A stretch of 64,000 nt of DNA, taken from positions 20,894,001-20,958,000 of the forward strand of contig OZ024752.1 of NCBI GenBank assembly GCA_964016885.1, read 5' to 3'. The position numbers and the translations under genes are program-made. This DNA comes from Eledone cirrhosa. Lineage: Eukaryota. The notes beneath the pieces were generated by a model. That model worked only from the letters and a program-made list of their open reading frames with translations. It was not told the DNA's origin and made no database searches. Shown one piece after another: positions 58,273-64,000 of this stretch. Each line of letters starts with the position of its first letter. The first letter of the stretch is position 1.

Positions 58273-60372
58273 CTCGGGCGTTTAAAATTCCCGAGATCCA
58301 TGGACGAGTTCTCTCCAGCGGTCTCTGTCCCTCATTATCGTTGCCATGTCCTGTGTCTCCAACAGACCAGTGACTGTCCTTAGGGCATTAACGTACGTTA
58401 ACCATGGTCTTCCACTAACAGTGTGTCCATGTAGGGGCTCCCACAAGAGCACTGAGTGCAATGTCAACTCTGGGTGCCGGTGAGCATGTCCAGCTAACCT
58501 CAGTCTCCTCTGTGTCACTTTGAGCTGACTTTTGGGAGGCTCCCATACAGCTCTGAGTTTTTCATCCTCAGTGTATACTGATTAATGTTCAGAGCCATCC
58601 TCTGCATTCTCGTGTAGCACCCATCCACTATCTGAGTGAGTTTCTTGGTCAGTGTCCAAGTCTCAAACGCGTACAGCAGCACAGACTCCACTACAGCAAT
58701 GAAGAGGTGGATTTTCAGGTCTTCACGAAGGTCCGATTTCCACACCAATCTCAAGCTGTGGCACGCCGCCCAGGCTTTGCTCTTCCTCTCAACCACATCA
58801 TCTTCTGTATTCCCAATCTTTGCTACCAAATACAGGAAGTCCTCAACCAATTCAAGCGGCTTCCTGCCTACATTAGTGATCCCCTCTGGCTTCTCACCAT
58901 TCTCTACCAGATATTTTGTTTTAGTCTCATTCATTCTCAGCCCACACTCATTGACACAGTCTCAACCTCCTGCATCAAATCCTCTGCCTCCTTCACTGTA
59001 TTTGTCACCAAAACTATGTCGTCGGCAAATTCAGCATCCAATATTTTTTTCGCCTTAACTCTCCTGCTCTGAGCCGGTGCTACAGTAAAGCCAGAGTCCT
59101 GGTGTTTCTCCAGTGCAAGGCGCATACAATAGTCCACTACGCTGATAAAAAGGTAGGGAGCCAATGTATCTCCCTGGAGCACTCCAGCCAGTATCTCAAA
59201 GAATTCTGTCATCCCATCAGGTGTAATGACTTGTGCTTTGGTGTTGGTGTAGAGCAGTGATATCAGGTCCACTATCTTCTTGGGGATTCCATAAGCCTGT
59301 AAGATCTTCATTAGGCAGTGACGGTCCACAGAATCAAAGGCCTTCCTAAAGTCAATGAAAACCATGACCGCAGGCAGCCACTTTGCTCTAGCTCCCTCTA
59401 ATATCCTCCTCAGCATCAGGATGTGACTGGTGGTTGATCTTCTCTCACTGAAGCCGTTCTGGTTGTCCCTCAGCGTCTTCTCCATCTCAGGCTGGATCCT
59501 GTTAAGAATCATCCTGCTGAGGGTCTTTGCCACAAGTGACGTCAGTGAGATCCCCCTGTAGTTGTTGGTGTTAGAGAGATCTCCCTTCTTTGGCACTGGG
59601 ATGATGTTACTGATTCGGGGCAACTCCTTTCTCCAGTACCTGGTTACAGAACCCCAGGATGATAACATCAAAATCACACCTCTTCATCACCTCTGATGCC
59701 ACTCCATCTTCTCCATGAGCCTTGCCCTCCTTGATCTTCTTCTTGGCTCTCTGAAGCTTCTCTCTGGTGAAGGGCTCTGTCTCAATATCCAGTTCTTCAA
59801 ACAGCTGCCTGATTTTCCCGGGGCTCTGGGCTGTGGAGGGCGCCTCTTTTAGTAAGGTCCTAAAATGGTCTAGCCATTTCCTGTCCTCAGGCCCTGTTCC
59901 CTGGATCTGACTCGAACACCTTCTCTTCCTCCCTGTGATCTCGTTGATGATCATCCAGCTCTCCTTACATCCAGATCTGTCAACCGCTCTCTCCACACTT
60001 CTGATCTTCTCTATCAGTGCCTCCTCTCTGGCCTCAGTGTAAGCGGTACAGAGTTCTTCCCTCATCACCTCCACAGTCTCCATCATCTCCGTAGGATCAG
60101 CATAGAATTGGTCCTTGGCAGCTTTCATGTGTTCTCTGGCTGCACACACTTTTGGTCTGCAGAGCTGACGTGCTTCCTTTTTTTCTTTCTCCTCGGCACC
60201 AGGGTCTCACTTGCTTCCGCCACTGCATTGATGAAGTGCCCGTACCTCCTCGTCACATTCTCCTCAGTCCATCCAATTTCTCTCTCCTCTGTCTCTCCAC
60301 ACAAAGCACTGAACCTGTTCCTCACTTCCACTGTGAACCTCTTCTGTAGCTTATCATCTTCCTTGAAAGCTG
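58273..60372 (-). mobile_element. RTE-clade LINE, 3' part (linker + RT + C-terminus), degraded
   Basis: NYRGISL, QNGF, FIDFRKAFDS, GVLQGDTLAPYLF, EFADDIVL, RRLRLAGH. Confidence 0.93.
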
Positions 60373-61540
60373 GTATGACATTAAACTACATCCAGTGGCA
60401 AGGCTCTAGCTCGGGAGTTCAGGAGCTGTGGGGAATATGGAGTTACCCCTTAGTTGTCATAACTCCCAGGTCTGCTCTGGCCCGGAGTAGTAGTACCTGT
60501 TAGGGCCCCATTTATGGGTTAAATAACTACCTCATTCGAGTGGCGTCGGTAAGGTATTGTCAGCCATTGAAAAGAAATATGGAGAGTCTATCTAACAGCA
60601 CTAGGGTTAGAGCCCCTAATTACACTGTCAACGAGCAGTCTGGTCGTTATGACTCTGCTGGCTTAGAGCCACAGGGAGGGCCAGTGGATGATGGATCAGC
60701 TGTCTCTGAGACAAATATAAAGAATGCAGTTTTGTCCTGCAGAAGAGCCATCAAAATGGGCACTTTGAATGTGAGGACTATTCGGACGCTGGAGAAGAGA
60801 GAGGAGTTGGGACATCTGTTCGAGGAGAGTGGTATACAGATACTTGCGATCCAAGAACACAGGATCCTACACGATGAGCCCGTGAGCAGTGTGATGATTG
60901 GGAAGATGAGCCAGCTCATCACCACATCGGCAGTGAGGAACATGACCAATGCTGCAGTAGGAGGAGTGGGTTTTGTTTTCAGCACAAAAACCAGTCTATT
61001 GGTGAGGGAAATAATACCTGTCTCCCTGCGAGTGTTGAGGGTGACCTTCAATGGAAACCCAAGACTGACAGTCATCTCAGCCTATAGTCCAACCGAGGGA
61101 GACAGTGATGTGAGTGCGGAAGCGTTCCATGAAGAGGTGTGTAGTGCTGTCAACACCACACAAGCACACAACATCCTGCTTGTTTTGGGGGACTTCAATG
61201 CACATCTGAGTAAGGAGGGCAGTGAAGATCCTTGCTGGTACTTCCATAACAACACCAACCGAAATGGAAGACTACTGAGAGATACCCTGCTGGAGGCGAA
61301 CTTGATAGCGAACAACCTAAGGTTTAGGAAGAATCTGGGGAAGATGTGGACCTACATCTCAGATATGCACCTGTCCAAGTCCCAGATTGATTTCATTCTG
61401 GTGAGGAAAAAGTGGCGGAATAGTGTTCTGAATACAGAACCATACAACTATTTCAGTACACTGGGTAGTGACCACCGGCTTGTGAGTGAGGTCCGGGTGA
61501 GCTTAAGAAAGAGCAAGGCTCAGCCCCGGAGAACAATCTA
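60373..61540 (+). mobile_element. Inverted 5' part (5' UTR + AP endonuclease) of the same RTE LINE
   Basis: GTLNVRT, IQEHR, AYSPT, LGDFNAHL, QIDFILV, SDHRLV; ends at RRTIY where the minus-strand part would continue. Confidence 0.9.
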
Positions 61541-61589
61541 TGTATATATATATGTATATATATATATATATATACGATATTAATAAATG

Positions 61590-64000
61590 GAAACTATATT
61601 TATAAAACCATATTTATTTCATTATACATATTTCAGGGATACCAAATTAAAATATGGTATGCCTTCATCAGACAAAATACAATATATAAACAGTTTTATA
61701 AATAATTTTGACGTACCCTATTAAATGCAACCATTATTTTTGGAAGCTGTCTGGATAGTGAAATGTTTATATTATTTTATTAGTTATAGTGTTAAGCACA
61801 ATTAGAAAAAGACGGAGAGAAAGAAAGAAAAAAACGGAGAGAGAGAAAAAGAAAACCTAGAGAAATCCTGGAGAGAGAGAGAAATGTATGTAGAAAAGAA
61901 AGAGATAAATAGATAGGAGGAAATAAAAAAGAAAGAAAAAAGGAAGAAATAAGAAAAACAAAGGAAAGCAACAGAGAGATAATAAGTCATCATACAGATA
62001 GAAAAACTCAAGAGAGAGAAAATACTATATAGAGAGAGGGGGAGACAACTTTACGTCATGTCATATTAAGTTGAGTTAACAATTTATATGAAATGAATAA
62101 TAAAAATATAAATATCAATATTCATGAATGGGACATAGATATATAATATGAGAAAATAACATTGTTCAATAATGACCATATGTTTAGTTTAAAAACTTGA
62201 GATCAATATACCAAAATCTGAGTTAAATCTTTCAAAAAGTACCCTATTTATAAAAATCAGGATACAAATATGTATATATATATACACACATATGTACGTC
62301 CTGAAAATAGAAATTATGTCTACTCAAGCCAATAATATAGACGCACAAAGCGCAAATGATTTCACTTGATCACTGTTATACACTCCTTGTGTTATAAAAA
62401 GTTCACAGTATATATACATAAATATACGATTAATATTCATGTCCTCATATATACAATTACCGTTCATGTATTTAATATCATGCATATCTGCAACATACAT
62501 CACATATACACACACACATATATACACATACATATGTATAAATAAATATCTGCGTGAGTCCTCCAGCATCGCTCATGTATATATACAGACATATATACAA
62601 ACACATAAATAGACCCTATAACACTTTTATATGCATGTTAATACACACATAAGGCATTTGTATAGAGATAATCAAATATCAATATATTAATATAGAAATA
62701 TCAAAGCATTAATTACCTTTAAAACACTATAGAGTATCTCAAGTTAAAATAATGTTTTATATATTTAGTATAGAAATTTATCCTACCTATATCTCAAACA
62801 AGATATTGAAAGGGTAGACTTATGAAAGTTATTAGAAGCTATCAGAGTCAAAACAAATAAAAAAATAAAAATAATCTAAAAGATTTAGAAGACCCAGTGA
62901 TTCTACGGATAACCTTATATTTAGTATAGAAATTTATCTTACGTATATTTTATTTAATACATTGGGAGCATATACATTTTAGAGTAGTTTATTATATCCT
63001 TGTTTATATTTAGGAAGAAAGTTTAAAATGAAAAAGGTGAAGGAATCTAATGATTTATCGACAGGTTTCATATATTAACTAAATTTCTTAATTAATTATA
63101 CTACATTTTAAATTTATATTTATATTTAAACGTTGAGTTCAATCTATGTCTGCAGCAACTGAATAAATTGCTCCTTAAATTAAGGGAATTTTTGGACTTT
63201 AATATAAAGAATATTTCTTCTATACAAAGATCACAATTTTCTGAAGAGGAATTAAAAGGAGTAGCTTTTGAAATAATATTCCAATTCATCGAATATTTAA
63301 TATTATCTCGTTTAAGGTGCCAGAGTAGGCTAGATAGCGAAGTTGAAGATTTTTTGTTTGGATCTGTGAAAGAATTCTTATGATTATTGAAGCGAAGTTT
63401 AAATTCTGTCGAGGTGGAACCAACATAGTTGAAAGAATTTAAATTAGTTTTAACATTACAATTGTATACTACATTTTTAGCTAAGCAGTTGTTATTTAAC
63501 GGACAGTTAGATTTATTTCTACAGTTACAGTTATTTAATTGAATATTGTTTGGGTTATTATTGGTATTTTGGTTAGGTTTAAATTCCTATTATTAATTCT
63601 ATTAATATTTTGTGCTAAATTTTTGGTGGACGAGTAAGTTAATTTTATAGTGTGTCTATTAAAAATTGAGTAATATTTATGTGTTCTATGGAAGCGTTTG
63701 TCAAGAGCATTAAAGAATAGTTTAGCAATATGGGTTTTAATATTTAGTGAGAAGGGGGGGGGGGGGCAAACCATAATATATTTCTAGTTCTATTTCTTTT
63801 TCGGCTTTTGGAATTATTGTAATGTTTTCTATTATAGTTGTTAAAGTTGTTACCGTAATTGAAATTGTTATTATTTTGGTTAGTTTGCTTATTATTATTA
63901 TCGATGTATTTAATTTTATCTCTATATCCTGCTCTACCTAACGCTTCATTGTAATACTGCGCTTTTTCATCAAAAATATTTTTATTATGTGAAATTCTTG
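61590..64000 (-). mobile_element. Penelope-like retroelement 3' part (GIY-YIG endonuclease region + 3' UTR), running off the window end
   Basis: PPFSLNIKT, CNCRNKSNCPLNNNC, VVY..YVGST...FKLRFNNHKNSF, LSSLLWHLK, CDLCIEE, CRH. Confidence 0.9.
61621..61680 (-). ncRNA. Degenerate hammerhead-like motif at the Penelope 3' end
   Basis: CTGATGA-AGGCATACC..GGTATCCCT-GAAATATGTA; stem I pairing poor. Confidence 0.5.

Noticed and set aside
60373-60600. HDV-like ribozyme in the RTE 5' UTR
   Set aside because: Known in some RTEs, but the nested double pseudoknot could not be established by eye; needs a descriptor search

Overview
Repeat-dominated eukaryotic genomic DNA, probably from a cephalopod or other mollusc (inferred from the SINE, RTE and Penelope repertoire). 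Bases 1-27.9 kb are a 19-bp satellite (GTWACACCTAGTATTGTAT) interrupted by four co-amplified copies of a ~630-bp non-autonomous Helitron. The fourth copy carries a nested 3.5-kb cargo element containing a small-intron SGNH-esterase pseudogene, a BACK-like exon between direct repeats and an inverted-repeat-bounded module. Bases 28-64 kb hold one clear host coiled-coil exon and many elements, mostly inserted in (TA)n tracts: tRNA-derived SINEs, RTE and CR1-type LINEs, a DD37D maT transposon, three probable solo LTRs and Penelope-like elements. The most notable signal is a set of type I hammerhead ribozymes from about six unrelated sequence families. These include a tandem array of ~434-bp units each carrying a minimal hammerhead (a retrozyme-like, putative circular-RNA system) and a 522-bp two-hammerhead unit. 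All calls were made by eye; no database searches were run.
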